Part shown: piece by piece, positions 1 through 12,736 of the stretch
Position numbering within the stretch: position 1 is the stretch's first letter
Layout of the letters: each line of letters starts with the position of its first letter
Source of the DNA: Macrostomum lignano
Lineage: Eukaryota
Direction of reading: 5' to 3'
Assembly: GCA_002269645.1 (NCBI GenBank)
Contig: NIVC01000142.1
Coordinates: 310,001 to 374,000, forward strand
DNA: 64,000 nt
The notes under the pieces: generated by a model
What the model saw: only the letters and a program-made list of their open reading frames with translations
Database searches by the model: none
Told to the model about the DNA's origin: nothing
Position numbers and translations under genes: made by a program

Positions 1-194
1 GTACAGCGGCCCTGACCTTCGAATCGGCAGGCATGTACATTGTCTGTGCCTTGGAGGTTGGCCCTCGTAGGTGTGAATCGCCCGCCTCCCCGCCCCAAAT
101 GAATGCGGCCGCGCATAGAATCGAACAGGCGTCGTAGCGCGAGTCAGACAGGCACGTTTACCGCTGGGCTGCTCTGCACTCTCAATTTCGATCG

Positions 195-540
195 AAAACT
201 TCTTTAGGCTTTGTGGCACAATCTGTTGCAATCAGATTCCGCAAGAACATACTCAGAAACATCGAACAGTCGCGCCATCACAGAAGATTCCGTCTGTGGT
301 TGTCACTTTTGAGAGTGCAGGTAAAGTCTCTCAATCTTTGCGAGTGACGCAACTTTGCTACGCCACGGCAGACTTTGGTTGAGGAATGAAGTAGGGGGGG
401 GGGCGGTGTGGGAGGGTTGGACGGATTAAAGCTGCCCCGATCAGTTTTCTCGGATCTCTTATTCCAAAATAGTCCAAGAGAAATTGCTCACTGTTGCATG
501 GAGTGGCGACTTTTCAATGTTGCTGAGTATAATTAAATAA
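195..540. repeat. Dispersed ~300-bp repeat, second copy at ~5475-5765 (last intron of FReD gene B)
   Basis: Shared blocks such as cgccatcacagaagattccgtctgtggttg, tctcaatctttgcgagtgacgca, ggattaaagc..ccccgatcagttttctc and tggcgacttttcaatgttgct occur at both sites in the same orientation. Confidence 0.65.
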
Positions 541-994
541 GAAAGGATTTAAGAAATGAATACTTGGATTCTTGGAAAGATAGGTCATTTTTTACTTCGA
601 GCTGCTCTTCTTTTAAACTGAGTACAACAGACTGCAGCTGCTCACGAAAGTTGCCAGTGTGATGTAACTGACTTTCTACAAGCACTTAGCATCCGATCAT
701 TAACCCGTTCATGAACCAACGAATAATCAATACGAAGCAAATAATCAGATTTATAAAACTCATGCACAGAAGACTAAAAAAGTTCTTTTTCGTAGAAACA
801 GAAGGATCAAGAAAATGTTTGAAGCAACAAAAAAAACTGAGCTATGAGGCTAGTTTGCTTGCATTGTCTCCATTAATTATTATTGTTATTAGCGTGCAGG
901 AACACGAGAGCTTATATAAATTCAATTTTGGTGCAACGAAGATTGAGTACCCGAATGTTACCAACATCAATTGCTGTCTAAATAAACTGTCTTT

Positions 995-3240
995 TCATAT
1001 CTGCACCATCATTCTAAACTCTTTAGCAGCTTTGTAGCTTTCTTTAAATTGCCAACCGGATATCGTTGTGGCTCTCGAGTCACCGTAGTTATAGACGCCG
1101 TTCGGGTTGGTGTGTCCGCAGGCTGCGTACCACCAGCCGCCGTAGCCGCCCCATTTTTTTGAGCAGTAGTTAGCAGTTGAATGGCCGTCGTTGTCTCGGT
1201 CTCGCGTGGAGAACTTGGTGCCGTTTGAAGACGCCAGGGCGTCATACACGAGGCTGGACTGCTCCCGAAGCATGCTGCTGTACTTCATTGTGTACAGCCT
1301 CGCCGCGTTGCCAACAGAGAAGCCGGAGTACTCAGCAAACCACTCGGTGTCATTCCATAGCAGCATCTCAACACGCATTCGAACGCTCTGCGGACTTGTG
1401 AGCCAATGCAGAGTTTCCAAACCTGTAACAGATCAACAATAGGTTGCTGCAGTGTAGTACCATGTACTCGTAATGCTGACTGTCTAGTACAAAGAAACCT
1501 TAACTAAGAGGCTACCATTTTCGAGCCTTCAGAATATCCGAAAAGTATAACAAGTCCATCCTTGTAGTTAACTAATTAAGCTCGTAACTACGGCAACTAA
1601 GTCTGTGCAGTAGTAACGGTGTTCATCTATTGTCAAGACGGCAGCCTTACCTATCCAAAAGTTGTGCTCGTCACCAAAGCCAGACACATATTCACTCCAG
1701 AAGCGGTTGAAATTGCTGCTTCTGCAACCACGCTGAAGCACAATAACGAAATGGCGATTGTTTCGCACGACCGTCTTGTTCCTCAGACTATCAACTTTCT
1801 GGCCAATTGCAGTTGACACTTGGCCTTCACCGCCAGACCGTTCCTTCATCCTAAAAACAAACCGAAGCTTTTCGGATCGGAGTTCGCAGTTGTCTTCCAA
1901 CAAAAATGTCGCAGTCCACTGGACGTTTTTCCAGAAGTTCACTGGCTCTGATTTAAAAATGGATCTGAAACAAATGAGAAAGTTTTTTCTGCATCTATTA
2001 GATGGAAAAAATCGTAAAAAACCTGATTCAGCAGCCAAACATACACTAGCAACTCGCATGACTTTCGCGTATTGCAGTAAGCTCTCAGCTCTGCAGTCCG
2101 CCGGTCAACAGACAGTCTCAACGCCTCGAACCGCCACTGAGACAGCCTGCTGCTCACGTGGATGCTCGCGTGCCACAGCTTCATGAACTCCAGCGACTCG
2201 ACTGACGCAGACCCGATCCGAGACCTCACCGCCGCGATCACGGACTCGTCTTCGATCAGAGCGGGCAGCCTCACATAGTGGCTACCGAGTGAGAAGTCTC
2301 TGAGCAGCTGGAAGCTCGGAGTCGGACACAGCAACGGTTCGATCACAAAGTGTCCTCTCTTGCCTCGTCTCTGGTGCACGTAGGCAGTGCAGTTGTCCAG
2401 ATGAACCACTCTGAACAGCTGGAGATCGGAGCAGGCTGGCAGAGCAGAGCTCCTGGGTCTCTGCAGTGACTCGATTGGGAGGAACGGAGCGCGAGCGACG
2501 GTGACCGGGAAGGCGCGCTCGAAGGCGGCGCAGCCCTCGCCAGCTCGCATGCTGGCCACGAGACGGATGTTGTCGAATGGCTCCAAGCGGTCTCTCTCGA
2601 GGTTCATCCTGAACGACATTCGAACGACAACTTGAATTTGGCTTTCTACGAGCTAAATAGCATTTACCCTTAACTAATATTTCACACACAATTATGAAAC
2701 ATACGCGAGGGACGGACACGCGAATTCGGCGCACATCAGCCGCAGGTGTCCAATGAACTCCGTCGGACCCCACAGAAATGAGGCCTTCGTGAACGCGAGG
2801 CTGTTCGAGCTGTTCATCCGAACGCTCGTCACCTCCAGAAACGACACCGACTTTGGCGACAGGTGGCTCAGCATCGACGCCGCCTCGGTCGCCAGAGTCT
2901 CGTCGGTCACGTTGACGGGGAAGCTGAAGTAGAACTCGTTGGTCAGCAGGTCGAAGTGGGCGCCGGGACTGCGCAGAGCGGCCGGCTCCGTGATGCAGAA
3001 GGTCGGCTCGAGCACGAAGCGACCGGCCTTGACGGCGCCCAGACGGTGCACGAAGACGGGACAGCCGCGGATCGACAGGCTAGTAACGAAGGACATGGAA
3101 GGCAGCGAGCCGTTGCTGCAGGCGAACTCGATGCGTTGGGCCGGAGCTGGCAGCGAGTCGGCCGCGTCCTGCTCCGACGGGACTGCCGAAGCGCCGAGGC
3201 TGCAGAGCAGCAGCAGCTGAAGAAACTCCTGCAGACGCAT
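995..3240 (-). CDS. Secreted fibrinogen-related-domain protein A: signal peptide, two novel Cys-containing repeats, C-terminal FReD
   Basis: Four exons: 3240-2705, ~2641-2045, 1964-1651, 1422-995, with GT..AG boundaries in compatible phases (the exon 2 acceptor is uncertain). Signal peptide MRLQEFLQLLLLCSLGASA. FReD motifs FNRFWSEYVSGFGDEHNFWIG|LETLHWLT, FSTRDRDND and GGWWYAACGHTNPNG. Confidence 0.85.
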
Positions 3241-4359
3241 TTAGTTTTCTTGCGCAATAATATCTGAATTAGTCTTGATTCAGATAGTGTCGCAGAACAG
3301 TGAACTTAAATTTGTCTGAACGAAACCTTTAATTTACTTTTCATCACTTACCCTCGAAACGATTCTGTTTCTTGCAAGAAGCATCGCTGCTGCAAATTGT
3401 GGCCCAATCCTGCGGCTGATTGGCACCATCAGATTGGTATTGTAAAATGTAAACAACACGTTTGTCATCGTGTGTAGGCTGTGACTTCAGGGCCCCACAG
3501 CTGCGATAGAAGCAGGAGGATAAGAGAGTTCTGATAATTACAGAAGTTTTCTTCATTTTCGTTTGCCTGTCTGCAGATTAAAATATCTCTGCACTGTAAT
3601 TGCTAATTCACGTGCTTTAAGTGCTGTCAGAAGAGCAATATGAAGGCCAACGAACAGGCGAGAAAAGTAAAAGCAGACCAAATCACTGCTAATAAGCTTG
3701 TAAGTTTCTAAGTGCCAAAGTACTTACCCCTTTGTAGTAGGAAGTTTCTGTGGCACGTGACACGGTGAAATTTAGACAGGTGATTATTAGCTCCTATGCT
3801 TTCGGCTTGTTAGCCTGAGGCAAGTGTCTGAAGCATGTATGAAGCAAGCAAGAACGTGCTTGTCTGGGGTGCAGTCACACGAATTTTTAAGTGCTTCGAA
3901 AATATTAGCTTTTTGCATGGCGCTGAATGGAGTTTTCGCCATGGACGAATTCGGTCGAGAATAATTCGTCCATAAAAATACACTAAAGAGACAGGAACTT
4001 GCTTTATGGCTGGTCTTCGTTAGAATTTCAGGAAAAATAGCTTCATAAACTCGTGGGTACGACTCGGTAAAAACGCATGTTTACTTCGTTTGCAATTCAG
4101 AAGGAATTCAGTGCTGAAAAACTGGAAACTTCTCATCTTGCTAAAGCATATCGAAGCGAAATCCTCATGATTTTGCGACTGCAACATCCTGCTTTAGATA
4201 TCCATGCGTGATGATGCCCACTCTCTATCTATCCCGGTCTAAGAGCAGCCAATTGCGAGCTATAGTCTATGGCCAAACCATCTTTAGCACCAATGACTGG
4301 CATGGGTTGGCTCTTGACTTTGGATACGCTGTTTTGCATGAGAAGCATGCAGGCATGGA

Positions 4360-4620
4360 GGAAGCCGTAGCTAGTCGTCCAGCGAGGCGCTCTTATGTGC
4401 CAGCGGCCCAAGCTCGATTCCAATTGCAAGTCACATCAATTCGGGGTTAAATTGGAATCTCGGCTTGGCTCTGCTCGTGCAATTAACGCCCGAGGGCCAT
4501 TGAGGGCCAACACCCAAGACTGTGAAGTGTACATGCTTACGTATCCGCACCTTATGTGCCTGCTCAGGGGAGTCGGCGGAACGGGCAGTGATGCCGCTCC
4601 CCAGTTGAGTAACAATTTCG
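4360..4620 (+). mobile_element. tRNA-derived SINE copy
   Basis: Degenerate A box (gtagctagtcg) and B box (gctcgattcc). The body matches the copy at ~20988-21290 (aaattggaatctcgg.ttggctctgctc, attaacgccc, gtgaagtgtacatgc). Confidence 0.65.
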
Positions 4621-4954
4621 CTTGAAGTACCCCTACCTCTAATAAATAATTCAGGCATAGAGGCTCCAGTTGATTTTTAAGGGTAAAATCTTTTTTTCAA
4701 ATCGTAAGAACAAAAGTACATACAGTACTAATAGAAGGCTATGAATATTAAATATTCGACGTGAAAAAATCATCTATTAATTAGCAAGGTTAAGGGTCAT
4801 AGGATTAATTTTATTGCTGACAGCAATCATAACGTTATTATAACAAAAAAGTATGAGCATTTCGGCACTGTTTCTTAGAAAACATTTCACTCGAGCCATG
4901 TGATCTGAAGTTGAGTGGACAAAGCAATCTTAAGCTTCAATCTTTAGCTTTTAA

Positions 4955-7422
4955 CTATATCTGAACCATCATGCGAAACTCCTTCAGAGTTCTATAGCCC
5001 TCCTTGAAACTCCAAGTTGAGTAACCGGTGCTTGTTGACTGGGCGAACTGATAAATCCCGTTCGGGTTGGCGTGACCGCAGTTGCTGTACCACCATCCAC
5101 CGTTGCCGCCCCATGAACGTGAGCAATAGTGGCGCGAAGAATAACCATGGTTATCCTTATCCTTAGCGGAGAAGGGAGAGCCTTTAACCGAGCTGAGCGC
5201 ATCAAAGACTAAGCTGGACCTCGACGGGATCATCTGCAAGTACCGCATGCGGTAATTGTTGCTGGCATTGTCAACGGAGAATCCAGAGTACTCGGCGAAC
5301 CACTCGGTCTCGTTCCAGAGCAGCAGCTCCACCCGCATGAGGGTGCCCTGCCGGCCGGTCAGGCTGTGAAGAATGTCCAGGCCTGGAATTGGCGCAGATT
5401 AAATTCTGCACACTTTAGTCATGGAATTCTGCGGTTTGACCTGAGGTCTGGGACTCTGGTTGCTGGATTCACACAGCTAAAGCCAACCCACAAAGCGGCA
5501 TATACTCAGCAACATCGAAAGTCGCCATCACAGAAGATTCCGTCTGTGGTTGCCACTTTTGAGAGTGCAAGTACAGTCTCTCAATCTTTGCGAGTGACGC
5601 AGCTTAGCTACGCCGAGGCAGACTTGAGTTGAGAAATGAAGTGGGGGGAGCGGTGTGCGAGGATTGGACTGATTAAAGCCACCCCGATCAGTTTTCTCAA
5701 TTTCAGAACAGTCCAAGAGAAACTGCTCACTGGCATATAGAATGGCGACTTTTCAATGTTGCTAAGTATATACACTACCTTCCACCAGACCTAAAACACC
5801 TGAAAATCAAAAACCATGCCATCACCTATCCAAAAATTGCTCTCATCGCCAAAGCCAGCCACGTATTCCCGCCAGGTGCGCTGAAAATTGCTGGCCCTGC
5901 AGCCGCGCTGGTTAATAATGATGAAGGTGCGCCCGTCCCGCCAGACGGTGCGGTCTCGCAGATCCTGCGCATTCCATCGGCCGTCATTTCGCCGTGTCTT
6001 CAGCGCTGGGCCTCCCGGCGGTCGGTCTCGCATGCGCAGTGCGAATCGGCGCTGCTGGGTGCGGAAATAGCACTGGTCGTCCAGCAAGGAGACTGCGGTC
6101 CACTGAATGTTTTTCCAGAAGTTCACCGGCTCAGAGATCAGCACGAGGCTACAATAGGAGTTTGCTGCTTGACTTCTTAAAATTTAGCTAATCAAAGAAC
6201 AGTCTAAAAGCAAAGGAGCACTAAAGTTAGACCCACCCAAGTGCATCGCAAGATGATTGAGTACTGCAGTAAGCTCTCAGCTCCGCAGTCCGCCGGTCAA
6301 CAGACAGTCTCAACGCCTCGAACCGCCACTGAGACAGCCTGCTGCTCACGTGGATGCTCGCGTGCCACAGCTTCATGAACTCCAGCGACTCGACTGACGC
6401 AGACCCGATCCGAGACCTCACCGCCGCGATCACGGACTCGTCTTCGATCAGAGCGGGCAGCCTCACATAGTGGCTACCGAGTGAGAAGTCTCTGAGCAGC
6501 TGGAAGCTCGAAGTCGGACACAGCAACGGTTCGATCACAAAGTGTCCTCTCTTGCCTCGTCTCTGGTGCACGTAGGCAGTGCAGTTGTCCAGCTGAACCA
6601 CTCTGAACAGCTGGAGATCGGAGCAGGCTGGCAGAGCAGAGCTCCTGGGTCTCTGCAGCGACTCGATTGGGAGGAACGGAGCGCGAGCGACGGTGACCGG
6701 GAAGGCGCGCTCGAAGGCGGCGCAGCCCTCGCCAGCTCGCATGCTGGCCACGAGACGGATGTTGTGGAACACTTCCGTCTGTCCTTTTGCCAGGTAAAGC
6801 CTAAACATTAAGTACAGTACGGTGTTAAACAATCCAAAAAGCATCTACTGAATCACTTTAAAACTGAAGATTACCACCTGTATATTTACTTTAGAGATTG
6901 GCAGACAAGCCCAGAACACACCAGCCGCAGGTGTCCAATGAACTCCATCGGACCCCACAGAAATGAGGCCTTCGTGAACGCGAGGCTGTTCGAGCTGTTC
7001 ATCCGAACGCTCGTCACCTCCAGAAACGACACCGACTTTGGCGACAGGTGGCTCAGCATCGACGCCGCCTCGATCGCCAGAGTCTCGTCGGTCACGTTGA
7101 CGGGGAAGCTGAAGTAGAACTCGTTGGTCAGCAGGTCGAAGTGGGCGCCGGGACTGCGCAGAGCGGCCGGCTCCGTGATGCAGAAGGTCGGCTCGAGCAC
7201 GAAGCGACCGGCCTTGACGGCGCCCAGACGGTGCACGAAGACGGGACAGCCGCGGATCGACAGGCTGGTAACGAAGGACATGGAAGGCAGCGAGTTGTTG
7301 CTGCTGCAGGCGAAGATGTCTTCTGTCAGTAGATTGGACACATTCAGAAGCTGTTTGGCTGAGGACCCTTGGCAAAGTCCGACGCTGCACAAAAGCAGCA
7401 TTAGAAATAATTTGAAGTGCAT
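4955..7422 (-). CDS. Secreted fibrinogen-related-domain protein B, tandem paralog of A
   Basis: Exons 7422-6890, 6800-6237, 6148-5826, 5382-4955, all GT..AG with matching phases. Signal peptide MHFKLFLMLLLCSVGLCQG. FReD motifs FQRTWREYVAGFGDESNFWIG|LDILHSLT, FSAKDKDN and GGWWYSNCGHANPNG. Confidence 0.85.
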
Positions 7423-8171
7423 CGTCAATTCCGTTAGAGAAACCCAATGATAACCGAAGTCTTTGGTTGCGAACGATGTCTTATAGAGTCTCCCCGGTGT
7501 CCAGGCCTCGCTGGATACTGAATTATCTGCCATGGCATCTACAGTGTATGCTTTTGTTTATGCGGTCTTTTCAGACATTTCGTCAGACAGAGAGAGTTCG
7601 TTATTTCACTTAATCAAACTCGACTTTAGGGATGCAGGTATACGCGGCCTACTAACGAGTAGTAAGAAATGAATGAGTAACGACCTAACAGTGCGGGCAA
7701 AAATATTACGCAGTGATCGTTAATCTTTGAATGTGGGCTCATGGTTTACGTCCTAGCAGCCCAGCGGTTAAAGCCAACTGAAAAAGAGCAAGAGTCCCGT
7801 TATTGTTGGACACACATGTAGGCTATAGAAAGAAAGCTCCTGAAACTTGATGGAACGCTATTTTTTTAAGTAGTCCCAGAACAATTGAGACTTTCTGAAA
7901 AAACAAGACAGTAACACAGCAAAGTAAGTTTTATTTCAAATTTAATACACTTGTTTCGACACACAAAAATGCGTACAATTAATTGTATTTGACGTATCTG
8001 AAGAGAAGTTCAAAGAAGCAAAGAAACTACCGAAGCAAAAAACAAAGGAAAGAGACAACCAAAATCGCGGAGACATGTTCGACTACAACATATGAGAAGT
8101 TAATAAAAAATGATTCTGGATAAAAACAGTTCGTCACAGCTTCATCATTTTTGAACCAACAAGAATCGGCC

Positions 8172-8840
8172 TCATTGAACCGCAGTCTGACCGAATCGAG
8201 CCAGCCGCCTCTGCCGCAGCTCCTCATCCGACACCGCCGTTGCCGAATTCGAACGCCGAGTTGGCGGCGGCGGAGGCGGCGGCTCGTCCTGGAAGCTCCG
8301 GTCGGCTCGTCGCTCCTCGCGACTGCTGCTGCTGCTGCCACCGGCCCAGCCCCAGCCCCAGGGCCGATAAAACCGAGTCCGATTGCCGCCAAGAATGCCC
8401 AGACAGAGCGGCTCCATGATGAGCCGGAGGGGGCCCTTGACGTAGGCCAGGCCAACCAGGATGCCGGCCAGGTGGCCTAAAAGTCACGGATTTTATGAAT
8501 TTATTTTATCCCTATGCTAAACATTTTGTTACACAATCATGGCCATTCATGGGTACGTTTTATCTTTTGATACACAGACATCAATGCAGATTCTGGCGCT
8601 GGAAAGACAGGACAATAAAAATCTTCTTCTAGCTTACCAAGCAGAGAGGCGTTCGGCGTAACCAGCTGGATGATGACGAGCTCGGCCCATACGGCCAGCC
8701 GAGAGTGCACAGGCAGGAAGCCCATCACGTACGAGACGCCGGGGGGCAGGTTGTAAGTAGTCAGCACTTTTAGTGCGAATATTACACCTGGAGAGGCAGC
8801 GGGGATTGTATAAGATAGTGATAATTCATTTTTCTGTCTG

Positions 8841-8927
<87 letters not shown>

Positions 8928-8928
8928 G

Positions 8929-8983
<55 letters not shown>

Positions 8984-8984
8984 G

Positions 8985-9038
<54 letters not shown>

Positions 9039-9088
9039 CATCTATCTATCTGTCTGTCTATCTATCTATCTTTCCATCTATCTATCTG

Positions 9089-9151
<63 letters not shown>

Positions 9152-9152
9152 G

Positions 9153-9234
<82 letters not shown>

Positions 9235-9347
9235 CATCTATCTATCTGTCTATCTATCTATCTATCTTTCCATCTATCTATCTGTCTATCTATCTATCTA
9301 TCTTTCCATCTATCTATCTGTCTATCTATCTATCTATCTATCTTTCC

Positions 9348-9387
<40 letters not shown>

Positions 9388-9411
9388 GTCTATCTATCTA
9401 TCTATCTTTCC

Positions 9412-9482
<71 letters not shown>

Positions 9483-9483
9483 C

Positions 9484-9542
<59 letters not shown>

Positions 9543-10016
9543 CATCTATCTATCTATCTCTCAATATCCATCCTCACCGGAGAATCCCACAGAGCAGTCG
9601 CTAAGGTAGTGCGACTTCCCCATGCCGGCCTCGGCGGCAAAGGCGAGCGCCACTTCAACGCAGCCGATCAGGGGCGCAAAAACGGCAATGAGAATGAGAA
9701 AATAGGCCGAGCCCATCATGCGCTCGAGGGTGCGGCCCTTCCACAGGAACGACACCATGTTATAGTACAGGTGCCAATCGTCTGCGTGATAAAACGAGCC
9801 AAGCAACAGGCGCAGATAGTCCCGCCTATAATAGACCCAAACTGGGGAAATGCAGACCTGGCTCAGACTGAGGTCCATGCTGGGCACAAGGCCGATGTAC
9901 AGGGCAGCCTGGCCCAGTATGAATGACAGAGTGACAGGCGGCACAGGGCCTGTCTGGGTCAGTTCTGCGGCCAGCAATAGCAGGCCGAGATAGCCGCGGC
10001 CACCCCGATGTCGAGA
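8172..10016 (-). CDS. RHBDD1: Rhomboid intramembrane protease RHBDD1/RHBDL4; the exon with the start ATG was not located
   Basis: Exons 10016-9578, 8787-8638, 8476-8172. Motifs [23 protein letters not shown], catalytic GFS|GVIFALKV and G|[10 protein letters not shown]-terminal p97/VCP-binding-like motif [12 protein letters not shown]. Confidence 0.9.
8833..9559. repeat. (TCTA)n microsatellite, ~720 bp, in an RHBDD1 intron
   Basis: Direct inspection; TCTG and TTCCA variants are interspersed. Confidence 0.97.
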
Positions 10017-10920
10017 CTGCAATGTTAAAGGCAAGGAACTTATTGCTGTACTAATAGGTAAAACTACCAGTAAAATTTTCATGGACAATGTATGTATTTC
10101 TACTACTAGTAGGTTGGTAGATACTCTAGTTAGTAGATAAATAAAAATATGCAAATGCAAAATACACATCGATTAAACTAGGTGTAGTAGCTTAACTAAA
10201 TGTCTAAAATCTATAGAACAGCTGTCTAAGCTAATCTTATGAGCTAACAATAATCTGAATGATTCAGATCATACTGATACTTTCTTAGGCCTAGTATTAC
10301 TAGTAATGATTGACAAATTCAACTTCAAATTGAAAGTTAAAATATCTAGTTCTTCCTTAAACATGCTAAAAAAATAGTTTTTTTTATTAATTGATGCAAA
10401 TTGTTTTAAAAAAGGAACTTAAAAAAACAATAATCTAGATATTAAATTGAATCTATATCAGGCAGAAATTATAAGGAAATTTCGAAGACTATTATTGGCA
10501 ATATAAAAATAGTTGAGTTAACTATTATCGACATGTATAAAACTTGGCTAAGAGGCTGCTAACCAAGGTTGACCCCTCAAAAAATTAAAAAGCAAGAAGA
10601 ACAATGAAATGGCCAAATGGGATGAAAAAGAAATAAGTGAAAAAAGACGAAAAAAATAATCAAAAGTTGAAAAGTAGAACATTAAAGCTAAGTTACACCT
10701 TTTGTAAAAAAAACTAAGCTGCATAGCCAGTTTAAATTATAGAGATAAACAAAAATTTATATATGATTGGCAAAATAATATTTTATTCTTTCTACAATAC
10801 TTTACTAAAATGAATTTTCTATACCTATCTACATGTAGAACCACTAGCAGTAGGATACAATTGATTTTTAGAAAAAAAAGCCCAAAACCATTCTTCTTTC
10901 ATTTTGAATTTTTATAACTA

Positions 10921-12736
10921 TGTTACAGGGGTCTTGGGGGAGGGAAGTTTTCCTATTGCTGACACCAAAATCTGTTGTGGGGTGAGATTACTGACTCCTA
11001 TTCTATCAAGTTATCGCAAGGGACTTAATTGGGGGGAACAAAGAAAAATGCAAATTTTACTACTAACAGGAGTAAGCCGTGGGTTGCTCCTGGGGTGTGA
11101 AGTGTCCGAGCGGCAAGACACTGTTTTCTATTCTCAGTCTGGGGAATATAGGTGGGAGAGGGAAATTAAGGGCTTCGCGATGGATCGGAGTTGCCTGGGA
11201 AACGGGGCGCACAAAAGGGGGTTTTAACAGCTAATAGGGAATGCTGACATGGGAAGGATATGCCTTAATAGGGAATTAGCTAAGGGCAGAACGCCTAAGC
11301 AAACAGTGTGTCTGGATAAGGAGTTGGCAGATCGCCAGGTTACTCAGAGATCTGGGGAAGGGAGGCCTCACGCCTGTCCAACTCATAAAGGAAAAAGGGG
11401 GGTTAGAATTATTACTCACTAAGAGACTGTACGTTCTCTGGGGGAGAGGGAGAAAAGGCTGTACGCTTAAAGCTGAACAGGACCTCTCGGGGAAGGGGAA
11501 AGGCGGGCGCCTTCAAAGGAATAACTCATAAACTGGTCTATTTTTAGAACAACTGTTCATTTCGGCCGAAAGGCAAAGCCTGTTACTAGTGGCGGCCACA
11601 GAAGTCTGGGCCCTCTACAGATTTATTTGCTCATATTTATAGTAACTTTAGTAAAAATGGCGGACAATTCATAACAAAACTTTAGAAATAGGAGGCATTA
11701 TAAGCATATTTGAGACAGAAAAACGACATTTAGGCTACTTTTAATGATCAAATAGACAGAAATATTTTGCTAATAAAGGGATATGTAATTTTCATAACGC
11801 ATTTAATGAGTAATATACATAATATAAGCAATTATTACTATATCACTATATCAACTATAATAAGCAAGAATAGGCCTATATATATTTTTCTTTAATTTAA
11901 ATAATACATGTGCAATAGGCCTTCTTCTTTTAGTAGTTTACATTTCTTAGAAAAGGTATAAATTCAAAAAAGCTATTATTTTGTTTTACTACACGAATAT
12001 TTTGTATACTTTGTATATTTTCTATATTCTTTATATTACTTTTTGTTTGAAATGACAGGAAAAATTATACTATAAATAGAGGCCATTTGAGAGCCTAGCA
12101 AACCAACTGGCTGACTGGCTAACTTCCTGTTCCTTGTTGAACAACTTTAATACTCTCATTTGAGAAGAAATTCTATCAGCTTGTATTTGCTCGTGTTACT
12201 TATTTTAAGTAGTAGATAGTAGTTAGGAGTTGCCCCAAAATTGGGAGTTCAGTCCGTTCTCAGAGAACGAGAAATCTAGACTTAGGAGTCTAGTAACCCG
12301 CCTTTAAAAGGCAGAGATCCTACCACAGGGTAGAGAAATCCAGGCTTAGAGTCTGAGAAACCCGCCTCAAGGCAGAATACCCAGCGAAGTGCGCTGTGAC
12401 CCTCTGATCCCGGGAACGCCCAGGACTGAATCTTTAGAGTATAGGAATAGAATAGACAGTGCCTAAGAGACCGCTCAGGCCCGAAAGTACAATAGAAGTA
12501 CAGACGCTACCAGTAAAAGTACATACGCTACCAATAAGAAGTACAGACGCTACCAATAGAAGTACATGCGCTACGAGTAAAAAGCAAGTAATACCCAGCA
12601 ATATTGACAAGAAGGAACACCCCTGGTACAACTTTGGTGTCAGCGGTTGAAATTATATAGAGAGACGAAGCCCTACGTCAACTTTGGTGGCAATAGTGGG
12701 ATATTATTAATAGAGGCAGAAGTAACCCCTACAACA
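10921..12736. mobile_element. Possible degenerate LTR-derived or Ginger-like element
   Basis: Imperfect inverted ends (tgttacagggg at 10921, cccctacaaca ending 12736) and outward-facing tRNA-PBS-like TGGTGTCAGC motifs at ~10955 (minus) and ~12635 (plus). No TSD and no coding ORF found. Confidence 0.3.

Noticed and set aside
1939-3240. SH2-like appearance of the FReD N-terminal repeats
   Set aside because: No FLVRES-type motif, and the protein has a signal peptide with Cys-containing extracellular-type repeats.
8773-9609. Long low-complexity ORFs (IYLS, SVSA, CLSLPVSA, VCLS, MNSL, TEIHYLD and similar at 8773, 49684, 50835, 52013, 58779, 61188-62277)
   Set aside because: They are stop-free translations of micro/minisatellites inside introns, not genes. 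Only the end of ORF 61188-62078 is a real galectin exon.
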